From assembly GCF_006345805.1 (NCBI RefSeq), contig NC_042999.1, positions 148,428,001 through 148,492,000 on the forward strand: a stretch of 64,000 nucleotides of DNA, written 5' to 3'. This DNA is from Octopus sinensis. Its lineage: Eukaryota. This document shows positions 37,964 to 50,335 of this stretch, one piece after another. The first letter of the stretch is position 1, and every line of letters begins with the position of its first letter. A program made the translations under genes and the position numbers. The notes beneath the pieces are model-generated. The model was not told the origin of the DNA and ran no database searches. It saw nothing but the letters and a program-made list of their open reading frames with translations.

Positions 37964-38548
37964 TAGGGGATTAGGATTAATGTTTAACTCCTGCTCACCA
38001 AAAAAAAAAAAAAAAAAAGCTCAAATAGGTGGTAAAGAAATGTGTAGAGAACGAATGAGAACAAGAATTTGCGTAAACGAATGGGGGTGAGGAGAGGACT
38101 TTCGGAAAATTTACACGATTCGATTTTTGCCTCATAACTTTCAGGAAAATCGATATATATTGATGAAATTTTATAGAAATACTTTTCAAAAGGCATAGAT
38201 TACGATTATAAAGAAAATTATGGAGAAAATGTTTTCCGATAGGGTGGGAAGAGGATTTTGGGAAAATTCACGCGATCCGGTTTCCCCCCACAAATTTCCT
38301 TATAATCGTAATCTATGTGGTTTGAAGGTATTTCCATAAAAGTTCATCAATAGATATCGATTTTCCTACAAGTTATGAGGGAAAAATCGGATCGTGTGAA
38401 TTTTCCGAAAGTCCTCTCCTCACCCACCCCGTTCGTTTGCGCAAATTTTTGTTTCCGTTCATTATCTACACATTTTTTTACACCTATTAGACTGAGTTTT
38501 TTGTTTGTTTTGGCGACCGGAAGTTAGAGTAAACATTAACCTTCCCTA
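37964..38548. mobile_element. MITE / fold-back element with long imperfect TIRs
   Basis: taggg...cccta termini; arms of roughly 250 bp pair imperfectly (e.g. ggagaggactttcggaaaat / attttccgaaagtcctctcc). Confidence 0.75.
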
Positions 38549-40659
38549 AATGTATTAAAAGCATTATAACATAATTTGATCACTTTCAGAAAACTATCGC
38601 CGTTTTCTTTGAGCATATAAAAGACAAATTTAGATGGGGCAAAATGAGTAAGACAAGATAAGGTGAATTTGCTGCTTTGGTTCTCCAGAATTACATTTGA
38701 AAACAGACTCATACACATCAATATCCATCCCTAGATATTACAAAGATAAGAGATGGAAAAAAATTTAATATCTTGGTCAAATAAAAGAGGATCAGGGAAA
38801 AACAGAACAATAATATGAAATTAATGAAACTCAACTAAAAGCAAAAAATAAAAAATCAACATCAAATATTCCCTATAGCTTCTTCACAATCTGCTGGAGT
38901 GTCCTCTGCATGATATATTTACACACCATGCATTTAAGGAGAAGAAATTATTGAAATTAGTGACTACTCATTTTACCCCATTTTAGACATCATGTTTTGA
39001 AACTTGAAAATTATCAAATTAGTCGTTAATGTGGGGAAAATTGACTTGAAATCTAACAGAGAAAAGTATATTGACTGTTAAACATCAAAAATTATCCAGA
39101 TTTTTGTTTGTTCCTTCTCAAGCCATGCCTGGCTCATAAGGGCCAGTTTCTCAGTTTCAATGGCATACAGGTTCCCCACCTGGATGGGACACCAGTCTAT
39201 CACAGGTGAGCTGCTAGATGCAGGAGAAAAGAGTGAGAGAAAGTTGTGGCAAAAGAGTCAGCAGAAGTTCACCATTACGTTCTGCCAGAGCTGCATGGAG
39301 CTTAAGTGTTTTGCTCATAAACACACAAATCACCCAGTCTGAGATTTGAACCTGTAGTCCCTCAACCACGAGTCCACTGCTCTAACCACTAGGACATATA
39401 CCTCCATAGATATTTTGTTAGCAACCTCAATGACAATCTGGTTGAAGTTGAGGAAAAATTTCTTGATAAAAGACAACCTGCAATCTGACTGTTTCAAACT
39501 CCCTCATCTTCAACAAGTAATATGACCAATTGCCACTCCTAAACATAATGTAGCAATATAAAATGATGATGCAATATTTGCTATGTAATGATCTCAAAAA
39601 GGTAGGGAGAAAATAACGAAAAATAATTTTGCCTTACCCCCATATATATATATATGTGTGGTTGGCGTTAGAAAAGGCATCCAGCTGTAGAAACACTGCC
39701 AAATCAGACTAGAGCCTGGTGCAGCCTCCATGGCTTCCAGACCCCAGTTGAACTGTCCAACCCATGATAGCGTGGAAAATGGACATTAAATGATGATGAT
39801 GATGATATATATATATATGTATATGTATGTATATGTATCTGTAGCATATGCTTAGTGAAATTCTCTCTCTCTGTTATATATAACATAAATATGGACGTAG
39901 CAGATAACAGCTAGCCTTCGGTCACTTGGACCCTGTTGTGTCCACTACTCTGATTGGTTGGTATTGGCACAGTTTGTCTCTTGCTCTATTACGCGCCAAT
40001 ATGCAACCCAACCAATTTCAGCCTTCTGATAAGGTCACGCGAGAGTCTTTTCAAAATCTTCATTTTGAGCCAATAATTTACTATAAAACTTCAGCGATTC
40101 ATCGAGTTGAAGATTTTGGTTCTAGACCTTCTAAGGTCTAATCACTGACCACAGAGCACACAGCCAATTCCAGTGACAACACCAACAGCAGCCCACATGG
40201 AGACTCAACTTCGTCCAGCAGTACCAGGACCTCTATCACTGTCGTCTCCATCTTAATGTCAAAACATCTTTACGTACACTGCCACATTTGCTCAGGCTCA
40301 ACTCCACACTGTTTGTGAATTACTTCACCATGGTTAACAGCAAGTACAACCTGCAAATCTTCCTGTATCAAGTAACCAGCAGCGGCATAGTAGCCACAAC
40401 TTCTTACATGACACGTGCTTCAACTGGCTCTGCTTCTACGCCAGAACTTCTTGTTACAGCTCTTCAACTATTGTGTACCTTACTATGAACTGGTATTTAT
40501 CTTCATTGTACGAGAACATTCGTCTAACGTCCTGTTATAGACTCTTTCTATGCTCTGTATTTTATCTCACATGCATATACCCTTGTTTGTACACACATAC
40601 ACATTATGTATGCATGACAGCCTGTCTATTGTTATTATTATATATGTACTTATGACGTC

Positions 40660-42525
40660 ACCTTTAAAGGTAAAGGTGATGCCTTAGATACAAATAATTA
40701 CAGAGGTATCAAGTTGCTGGATCAAGTAATGAAGGTCACGGAGAGGGTCATAGCCCAACTAATTAGAGAAAGAGTCAGTTTAGGTGAGATGCAGTTTGGG
40801 TTCGTGCCAGGGAAAAGCACCACTGATGCTATATTCCTGGTAAGACAACTGCAGGAGAAATACCTAACCAAAGATAAACCTCTGTACCTGGCTTTCGTTG
40901 ACATGGAGAAAGCCTTTGGCAGGGTCCCCCAATCCCTTATCTGGTGGTCAATGAGGAAACTAGGGATAGATGAATGGTTAGTAAGAGCTGTGTGAGCCAT
41001 GTACAGGGATGCTGTTAGTAAGGTGAGGGTTGGCAACGAGTACAGTGAAGAATTCCGGGTAGAAGTAGGGGTCCACCAAGGTTCAGTCCTCAGCCCCCTC
41101 CTATTTATCATAGTTCTCCAGGCAATAACAGAGGAATTCAAGACAGGATGACCCTGGGAGCTCCTCTATGCTGATGACCTTGCTCTAATTGCTGAGTCAC
41201 TATCAGAACTGGAGAAGTTTCAGGTGTGGAAGCAAGGATTAGAATCCAAGGGCCTTAGAGTCAACCTAGCTAAAACCAAAGTCCTAATAAGTAGGAAGGT
41301 AGACAAATCACAAACACCTTCAGGTAGATGGCTCTGCTCGATCTGTAGAAAAGGTGTAGGTAGAAACTCTATAAGATGTACCAAGTGTAAGCTATGGACA
41401 CATAAGAGGTGCAGCAATGTCAAAGGAAGGCTAACTAGGAAGATAGTTTTTGTATGTGGCAGATGCTCAGGAGCAATAAACACTGAAAATGTGCAGAGAA
41501 CAACTTCTGCCACATTCCAGGGAGAAAAACTAGAAGTAGTTGATAGCTTCCGTTACGTAGGTGACCAAGTCAGTAGCGGGGGCGGGTGTGCTGAAAGTGT
41601 AACTGTTAGAGTAAGAATAGCCTGGGTAAAGTTCAGAGAACTCTTACCTCTGCTAGTGACAAAAGGCCTTTCGCTCAGAGTAAAAGGCAGACTGTATAAC
41701 ACATGTGTATGAACAGCCATGCTACATGGCAGTGAAACATGGGTCGTGACTGTTGAGGATAAGCGTAAGCTCCCAAGAAATGAAGCCAGTATGCTCTGAT
41801 AGATGTGTAATGTCAGTGCTCATACTCGACAGAGTGTAAGTACCTTGAGAGAAAAGTTGGACCTAAGAAGCATCAGTTGTGGTGTGCACGAGAGACGATA
41901 GCGCTGGTATGGTCATGTGGCGAGAATGGATGAAGATAGTTGTGTGAAAAAGTGCCACACCCTAGCGGTTGAGGGAATCTGTGGAAGAGGTAGACCCAGG
42001 AAAACCTGGGATGAGGTGGTGAAGCACAACCTTCGAACAATGACTAGTGACCGTGACCATTGGAAGTATGCTGTGCGTGAGAAGACCTGGCAAGAAAAGT
42101 GAGACCATAACCTGTGGCCTCTACCTGGGATGTAGCCAGCCCACTTATGCATACCTTTCCTTCTTGGGACACAAAACTCTGCTTGCGAAGACCTGTTGAG
42201 GCAAGTGAAATCGAAATCCAGATTGCTCAAAAATCAATGGAAATTGTAGCTGTGATACCAGTGCCGGTAGCATGTAAAAGAACCATCTGAAGGTGGCCAT
42301 TTCCAGCGCCACCCAAACTGGCCTCTGTGCCAGTGGCATGTAAAAAGCACCCACTACACTCACAAAGTGGTTGGCATTAGGAAGGGCATCCAGCTGTAGA
42401 AACACTGCCAGATCGGACTGGGCCTGGTGCAGCCTCCTGGCTTCCCAGACCCCAGTTGAACCATCCAACCCATGCTAGCATGGAAAGCGGACATTAAATG
42501 ATGATGATGATGATGATGATGATGC
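40660..42525 (+). mobile_element. 5'-truncated RTE LINE: RT core, PHD-like finger, C-terminus, 3' UTR and (GAT)n tail; inactivated
   Basis: MQFGFVPGKSTTDAIF, AFVDMEKAF, GVHQGSVLSPLLF and LYADDL, with in-frame TGA stops (e.g. 40993). Confidence 0.93.
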
Positions 42526-42710
42526 ACACACACACACACATGTTAACACATAAATAAAATCTTCTCTTAAACTTTCTATTGGTTTTGTCTCTTCCTTTTC
42601 CTTCTGGCACTTGTACTCATTTATCCATTTTGCTTTCATTGTAAGCGACCATGTGGTGTATTAAAGGAGTCATTCGTTCGTCACCTCTCCTTTCGCACAG
42701 TCATTCTTAC

Positions 42711-42754
<44 letters not shown>

Positions 42755-42919
42755 TAAAGTAAAGTTGTAAGGTACTGCACGAATGGAATTATATATGAAA
42801 GAAGGTTTGAAAATGCAATTTTAAAAGATGTTTATTCACTTGACCAGTTTCACTTATTTAGAAAAAGATTGTCAAAAGTAACATGTAAAAGCTTTGTTGT
42901 GTTAAGTACTGGTTGGCAC

Positions 42920-43145
42920 AAAATATTACAATGCATATATACATTCTTTGATAATAATAAGAACATGTTAAAAACAGTTTACAAGGAAAAATCTTGGGAA
43001 AATATTAAAAAGTCCATTGAAATATTAGGCACAAAAAATTACAATACATATATACATTCTTTGATAATAATAAGAAAATGTTAAAAACAGTTTACAGAAA
43101 AAATCTTGAGAAATTATTAAAAAGTTCATAAAAAATATTAGGATT
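42920..43145 (+). repeat. Tandem repeat of about 113 bp, roughly 2 copies
   Basis: acattctttgataataataag.a.atgttaaaaacagtttaca occurs at about 42941 and 43054. Confidence 0.75.
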
Positions 43146-43280
43146 TCATTAAAAATCATGTTTGTTCGGATGTATCTATATATATACACAGATAATTATA
43201 AGTTCAAAAAGGTCATATTTTGGTAGTGTATATATATATATATATATAAATACTTTATTTAAAGCAGCAGAAAATTCAAC

Positions 43281-43328
43281 AAAACCTGTTACTCTGAGTT
43301 TCCCGTCACCGTTCATCAGACAGGTTTT
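43281..43328 (-). ncRNA. Minimal type I hammerhead ribozyme motif
   Basis: aaaacctgt-CTGATGA-acg-gtga-cgg-GAAAC-tcaga-GTA-acaggtttt. Stem I is at least 9 bp, with a GNRA-capped short stem II (A.G first pair) and a short stem III. Confidence 0.75.
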
Positions 43329-43341
43329 GCTAGAATCTAGC

Positions 43342-43389
43342 AAAAACTGTCCGATGAACGGCAACGGGAAACTCAGAGTAACAGGTTTT
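43342..43389 (+). ncRNA. Mirror-copy hammerhead motif with a core variant (CCGATGA)
   Basis: aaaaactgt-CCGATGA-acg-gcaa-cgg-GAAAC-tcaga-GTA-acaggtttt. U4 is changed to C, so activity is probably reduced. Confidence 0.6.
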
Positions 43390-43719
43390 GTTGAATTTTC
43401 TGCTGCTTTAAATAAAGCATATTACTCTACCACTGGTATTTGAGTACTCTTTTTTCCACCTTGTTTCACATTTATGTGTTTACTCCGGTATATATATAAA
43501 TATATATATATAGTTAATCCAAACATGAAAACACAAAGAGAAAACACAACAACGCAAGGACGTGGAACAAATATAGTATTATTGGACGCTCAGGAAGGAA
43601 GGGAAGAAGGAGGGTTTGACATTTCGAGTGGAGCTCTTCGTTGGAAACATAGGTTAAGGAAAGATCCAGAGAAGGGAAGACAGAGGAAAAAAAATCGACA
43701 ACGGTACACACGTGGTCAC

Positions 43720-44510
43720 CTCCACTGCTAGGTGTGTGAAAAAATGCCAATCCCTAGCAGTGGAGGGAACCCGTGGAAGAGGTAGACCCAGGAAAACTTG
43801 GGACGAGGTGGTGAAGCACGACCTTCAAACTTTAGGTCTCACTGAGGAAATGACCAGCGACCGAGACCTTTGGAAATATGCTGTGCGTGAAAAGACCAGG
43901 CAGGACAAGTGAGTCCAGCCCACTTATGCATGCCTTTCCTCCCTTGGACACACAAAGAGCTGTTGAGGCAAGCGAAGTCGATATCGAACCTCATCTGACG
44001 ACAGGCACCTATACTTACTCCCCTTTGCTTGCGAAGACCTGTTGGGGCAAGTGAAATCGAAATCGAAATTGAACCAATCCTATGACTGGCACCCGGCAGA
44101 TGCCAGGACCCCTGGACTGGAGATACGTAAAAAGCACTATCCGAATCGTGGCCGATGCCAGCGCCGCCTCGACTGGCTTCTGTGTCGGTGGCACGTAAAA
44201 AGCACCATCCGAATCGTGGCCGAAGCCAGTGCCGCCTCGACTGGCTTCCGTGCAGGTGGCACGTAAAATGCACCAATCCGACCGTGGCCGATGCCAGCCT
44301 CGCCTGGCACCAGTGCAGGGGGCACGTAAAAAGCACCCACTACACTCACGGAGTGGTTGACGTTAGGAAGAGCATCCAGCTGTAGAAACATTGCCAGATA
44401 AGACCGGAGCCTGGTGCAGCCTTCTGGCTTCCCAGATCCCTGGTCGAACCGTCCAACCCGTGCTAGCATGGAGAACGGACGTTAAACGATGATGATGATG
44501 ATGATGATAC
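43720..44510 (+). mobile_element. RTE 3' end with an internal tandem repeat of about 62 bp and a (GAT)n tail
   Basis: ORF 43712 [17 protein letters not shown]; repeated ggcacgtaaaaagcac units at 44090-44340. Confidence 0.88.
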
Positions 44511-45227
44511 ACAGAAGGAGATATATTTAGTAATTTACAAAGAATTTGGGATGAACAGACCTGTTTCACCATTTTATCATAAAAGACTATTTTCTATTTC
44601 AAGGAACGGTGTAGGAGGTGTGTTTGGGTGGGGGGAAGGGAGAGCAATGTGGGAATTGAAAGGAGGTTTTTGTTTCTCTTTCGAGGTTCAGTGGTTTTGG
44701 GGATTGGTCTTTAGAGGTCAGAATGGTGTGAGTGTGTGTATATATATGTGTTTGTGTTTGTGTGTGTATATATATATATATATATATGTTGTATATGTAT
44801 GTATATATATATATATATAGGTGCAGGCGTGGCTGTATGGTAAGATGCTTGCTTCCCAACCACATGGTTCTTGGTTCAGTCCCACTGCGTGACACCTTGG
44901 GCAAGTGATGCCTCAAGCCGACCAAAGCCTTATGGGTGGATTTGGTAGACAGAAACCGAAAGAATCCTGTCTCACACACACATATATATATATGTGTGTG
45001 TGTGTGTGTGTATTTATGTGTCTGTGTTTGTCCCCCACCATTGCTTGACAACCAATGTTGGTGTGTTTATGTCCCCACAACTTAGCGGTTTGGCAAAAGA
45101 AACTGATAGATGAAGTACTAAACTTACAAAGAATAAGTCCTGGAGCTGATTTGTTTGACTAAACATGGTACTCCAGCATGGCCACAGTTAAATGATTGAA
45201 ACAAGTAAATGAATAAAAGAATATATA

Positions 45228-46483
45228 CAGGGGTTCAACAAAATAATGGAAACACCTTAAAATTTCAAACAAATTTATTTTAATATGGGGTAGGACCGCA
45301 TTAGCAGTAATTACAGCTTGAATTCTACAAGGTATGGGCTTATACAAAGTTTAAATTGTTTTCCAAAGAATTTTTGTCCATTCTTCAGCTTAAACAGTCT
45401 CAAGTTTTTGTAGTGATGGTGGTGGATATTGACTCCTTATTTGTTTTTCTAAAATGCACCATAAACATTTGATAATATTGAGATCTGGGGGCTGTGATGG
45501 CCTGATAAGATGTTCAATTTCACTAGAATGTTCCTCGTGCCATTCAGTGACAACTTTAGCAGTGTGAATTGGTGCATTACCATCCTGAAAGATTGTATTT
45601 CCTTCTGGAAATAGTTCTGCAACCATAGGTTGAATTTGATCAGATAAAATGCTTAAATAGTCTTGACTATTAATTCTGCCATGAAAGGAAACCATTGGGC
45701 TGGTGGATTTCCAAGATATACCCTCCCCCCAGATCATTACAGATTCTCCTCCATGTATAACAGTTGGAAGAAGGCAGTCTGGGTCAAATGCTTCTTTTGG
45801 CTGTCTCCACACATATACACAGTCACTGTCTGGAAATAAGGTAAAGGATGACTCGTCCAAGAAAATAACATTCTTCCACTGCTCTAGGGACCAATTCTGT
45901 AGGTTTTTACTCCATTGTAAACGCTTTGCAATGTTTGTTTTTGAAAGTAGTGGTTTTCTGATTACAACCCTCCTGTGAATCCAGCTTTGTGCAGCTCCTG
46001 GTGAACAGTTTTATGGAAACTGGGTTCTCGAGGTAGTCATTAAGTTCTGTAGTAATTTTGGGAGCTGTACTTTTGTGATCCTTTCTAACAATTTGATGGT
46101 CCCTATCTGAAAGTTATGGTTTTCTACCAGAGTTTTGTTTCGACAAGGAGGTTTTTTCCCTCTTTCTGAAAATCTGTCATTACTTTTGAGACTACTTCTT
46201 CAAACACCAAACATTTCAGCTGTTTTTGTTACGCTAGTGTCTGCCATATGAGCACCAACAATTTGACCTCTTTGAAATCCAATAGATCTGTCATTTTAAT
46301 GAATTTTAATTACCTTTTTCTGATGATATCTGAAAGGAAACAGCAATTTTAGCAAAACATATTAAGCAATACTAATAATAAATAAAAAAATATAAAAATA
46401 AACAAGCTTTTGATGGTTTTATAGATATTTCCAAATTATGATGCTGTGATGCTAGATGTTTCCATTATTTTGTCCAACCCCTG
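45228..46483 (-). mobile_element. Tc1-like transposon with short TIRs, inactive
   Basis: TA|caggggtt...aacccctg|TA. ORF 45390..45860: DES.F...HGG.SVMIWG...FQDGNAPIH...PDLNIIK. Confidence 0.88.
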
Positions 46484-47413
46484 TATATATATATATATAT
46501 ATATTCATCATCATCATCATCATCATTTAACGGCTATTCTCCATGCTGGCATGGATTAGACAGTTTGGTTAGGGCTGGTAAGTTGGAAGGCTGCACCAGA
46601 CACCAGTCTGATTTGGCATGGTTTTCTATGGCTGGATGCCCTTCTTAACGCTAACCACTCCAAGAGTGTAATGGGTGCTTTTATGTGCCACCAGCATGGA
46701 TGCCATTTGCATGACACTGGCATCTGTCACAACAGTGATTTTGTTCAGCTTGATGGGTCTTCTTCTCAAGTACCACATTATGCCAAAGGTTTTGGTCATT
46801 GCCTTCATATATACACATTATTTTTCACTTATTTCAATCATTGGATTGCAGCCATGCTTGGACATCACCTCAAAGAATTTTAATCAAATGAATCAACTCC
46901 AGCATTTAATTTTGTTTTAAAGTCTAGAACTTATTCTATCAGTCTTTTTTGCCAAACCACTAAGTTATGGGGTACATAAACACACAAACACCAGTTGTCA
47001 AGTGGTGGAACAGACACACCATACCAGCATGGAAAACAGATATATGATGATGATGCTATATATATATAGGTAGGGGGCTCCGAAAGGGGTCTCAGGAAGT
47101 GGTGTCCTGCCTTCCTGAGCTACTTTTCCACCACATTTCTTAAAAGTCGTGGTAGAGTTCTTGGTCTCGAGGCCACTCACTCATGTCTAGAAAATGAGGT
47201 TGTGGGTAAGCAAGGACATGCTCTCCATAGAAAATCCAACTCCAAAAAAAGCCTCATAATAGCAAAGGAGAATGGGCACCAGCCAGCCCAAAAGTTGGGG
47301 TGGGCCGCACCTGCCTACCTCGGTTGCTATGGCATTGAGGTAGATCCAGCCACCCCTGTTAATGGGGACAAAACCTGGATTTAAAACACTGGATGATGAT
47401 TACGATAATGATG

Positions 47414-47483
<70 letters not shown>

Positions 47484-47984
47484 AATGTAAGTGTCAGTGT
47501 GTCACACTTTTTCAACTTTACTCCTAGAGGCTGTAACCCAGCACATCATACTATTTTGGAATCAGACCAACTCTGTAAGTAAATTAAGAACATTCCAGGC
47601 CAAATCCAGACCTGCAATCTTGAAATTTTGGATTCCCAAGTTTTCATTACTGCGATTGATTTTATATCAGACAATAAATATTGAAATATTCTTTTCTACT
47701 TTAGGTACAAGGCTCGAAATTTTTTGGGAGGGGGCCAGTTGATTAGATCGACCCCAGTATGCAACTGGTACTTAATTTATTGACCTTGAAAGAATAAAAA
47801 ACAAATTCAACCTTGCCAGAATTTGAACTCAGAATGTAACAGCAGATGAAATACTGCTAAGCATTTCATCCAGTGTGCTAATGTTTCTGCCAGCTCGTTG
47901 CTTTTCAGGTAATAAATATTAGCACAATAAATCAAATATCTGGTTAAAAACCACTTTTTAGTTACAGGTAACATTATTCTTATT

Positions 47985-49341
47985 ATTACCTCCACTGAGG
48001 AAGGAGGTTATGTTTTCATTGGCGTTGGTTTGTCCATTTGTATGCAAAATAACTCAAAAAGTTATGAATGATATTTGATGAAACTTGCAGAAAAAGTTGG
48101 TAATGACACAAAGAACAGATGATGAAATTTTAGTACTGATCCAGGGATTTTTATGGATTCATGAAGGATTTTTCATTTGTTATATTTACTTTACATGAAG
48201 TATTAGTTACATTCTTTGATTATCTCCCTTGAAAACACGTTCATTGTTTCCACGTTACCTATGGTGGCGTTGCTGTTTCTAAAGTTTATTTTTGTTTCTT
48301 TATTAATAATTTTACTCGCGTATCTATCTTAAAATGAGCTGCTTGGCGGAAGTCTGCAGAGGATGACATGACAAGCCTTGACTATTGGGATTGATTCAAA
48401 AAGCTTAGGCTTTGCTCCCTCCACGGCCGCTGTCAGCTCTATATCATTTGTATGATGTGGAAATATTCCATCAACATTGCCCATCTTTAAAATTCGTCCA
48501 AGGCTTGGCCCCCATGCCATCCATCCACTACAGAAATGTTCGTGTCGTATCACAACGCTATGACAGAACTATTTCACCTCAATTGGCCCTGCTCTCTTCA
48601 ACATCATGCCAGACACACATAAAGGAGGAAAGTGACTTCATGGCATTCAAACAATCCCTAGATGATTACCCCCAACAAATACCAGATAAACTACCCACAC
48701 CCAGATATGTCTCTGAAAACAATAACCTTCTGCTTGAATGGGCTACGGTTCCCTAGAGCTGACTGTGTATCTCTTCCAGGTGGTGCTATTAAATTAGACA
48801 TGGCCTGAGTCAACTTTGGCCGAAACTTATCTAAATAATCTAATCTATGTTGTAACCTTCTAATCAAAGCATAACGACGTGGGTAGAGGCTGATATCTTA
48901 ACATTTCTGATGGTCTTGAGTATAAAAAAAATTATTAAAGATTTATATAGAATTACATTCTGAGTATGTCTGTAAGGTATTGTGTTTAGACCTGGTTTCT
49001 ATCCTCAAACTGTTCTGTTTTGTAGATGCAATTTTTTTTTTTTAATAAAGCATTCCAAAATTAGAAAAATCAAAAATCTGCTACAATCTCGGTCCCATGA
49101 GTATTGGATGGATTTCCAACTGTGTAAAGAAACTGATTGTGGTGATCGTAGTTTTTAAGGTGATTGTAGTTTTGATGGTGATTGTGGTGAAAGTAGAGAC
49201 AGTGTTGATGATGACGATGGTCGAGATAAGTATGGGATTTGCCAGCGTTGGTTTGGGAAATTGGGCGATTTTCAGCATGCATGTACATGGGTGGAAATGA
49301 GCTGCTTGGTGGAGGTCTGCACTCTCCGAGTGCTTTTCTAG
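47985..49341 (+). mobile_element. Helentron/HINE-like non-autonomous element(s) interrupted by a CR1
   Basis: 5' ttattacctcc...ggaggttatgtttt. 3' cttggtggagg, hairpin gcactctccgagtgc, then ttttctag. The 3' motif also appears at 48333-48359. Confidence 0.45.
48360..48845 (+). mobile_element. CR1/L2-like LINE 3' fragment
   Basis: YWD.FKKLRL.SL...YIICMMWK and FKQSLD....QIPD..PTP.YVS.NNN.LLEW, with a 3' stem-loop ggcc...ggccgaaac. Confidence 0.65.
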
Positions 49342-50335
49342 TTTAAATATTGCTACTATTATATAAACATGGTAACTTATTATTTAAATATTGCTACTTA
49401 TTTCACTTTTAAAGGTATTACACCAAATAAAAACTGACTTTAATTTTTTGGAAAATAAACAGAAGCCTGCTGTGTGAAAAATCAATAGTGAAGTGGCCAC
49501 TAAAAAAATACAAAGAAAAATACTAGATGGAAGTGTATCAGCAGCCAAGTGAACCAAGAAATATGTTAGCAAGTTTCTTTTGTTGTATTATTCTGCCTCA
49601 AGTAACCCAGTTTTATTACAAGTGAAACATGCTTTGTGTCCTAAATAAAATTCAATGGTTTTTAGTTACAGTCTAACATTTATAATACTGAACATCTAAG
49701 TTGCCTTGTTCAATAAATGATATGAATGTATTTGTGGCTCTGCTTAGTCCTTTAGTTACCAACATGGCTGAAACCAGCTCTGGCTTTGAGTACAAATGTC
49801 TTGTTTTGATAAGTTTTGAACTAAAATCTTCCACCAAACCTTAGTCACAGTTTATGTTCCTAAAACTAGCTTAGTAATAACTAAGTTATTTCACTAAATT
49901 CTTTGTTATATTTAATGTCATTGAAAGAAACACAGAGCATCTCAAAATTAATACAATATATTTATATGATATTAAGATTGCATGCTGCCCCATGATAAAA
50001 CCAATTCCCAACACTACTTAAATAACATTTATTTTAACAGAAGTATGTAACAATATCTTACTATAATGGGCTTTATGTCCGTCTCTCTGTCTGTTTGTTC
50101 CCTCTTCATGGTCAAATGGCTGGACCAATGGTCATGATGTTTTCCAGGTGGTGATGATGATGATGATGATGATGCAAATTAGTCTAAAACTAAATAAAAT
50201 ACAAGCATGGAACAAGTTTCTTCAGATACATCATCACCAAAGAGTTCTTCAATGCATTTCTTACTGTGACAGACCAATTTTGTCTGATTTTATTTTGATA
50301 TTTTTATCACCAAGACATCTTACAAATATTTGGAG

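Larger units (their letters stand above)
43253..43495 (+). mobile_element. Palindromic twin-hammerhead element (Penelope-terminus-like)
   Basis: Arms 43253-43334 and 43336-43417 (82 bp, 4 mismatches), then an extension of about 75 nt; (TA)n on both sides. Confidence 0.75.

Noticed and set aside
40660-42102. Possible intact or domesticated reverse transcriptase gene
   Set aside because: 5'-truncated with several in-frame stops; an ordinary dead LINE copy.
42838-42879. Hammerhead-like relic actt-TTGACAA...GAAAC-tg-GTC-aagt on the minus strand; a similar relic near 43610-43650
   Set aside because: The core has several mutations. It is consistent with dead Penelope termini but cannot be called a ribozyme.
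44090-44340. Regularly spaced repeats resembling a CRISPR array
   Set aside because: Eukaryotic context, the spacers are themselves homologous, no cas genes, and it is part of the RTE 3' UTR.
49410-49570. Plus-strand KPAV*KINSEVATKKI, superficially kinase-like
   Set aside because: In-frame stops and no other kinase motifs.
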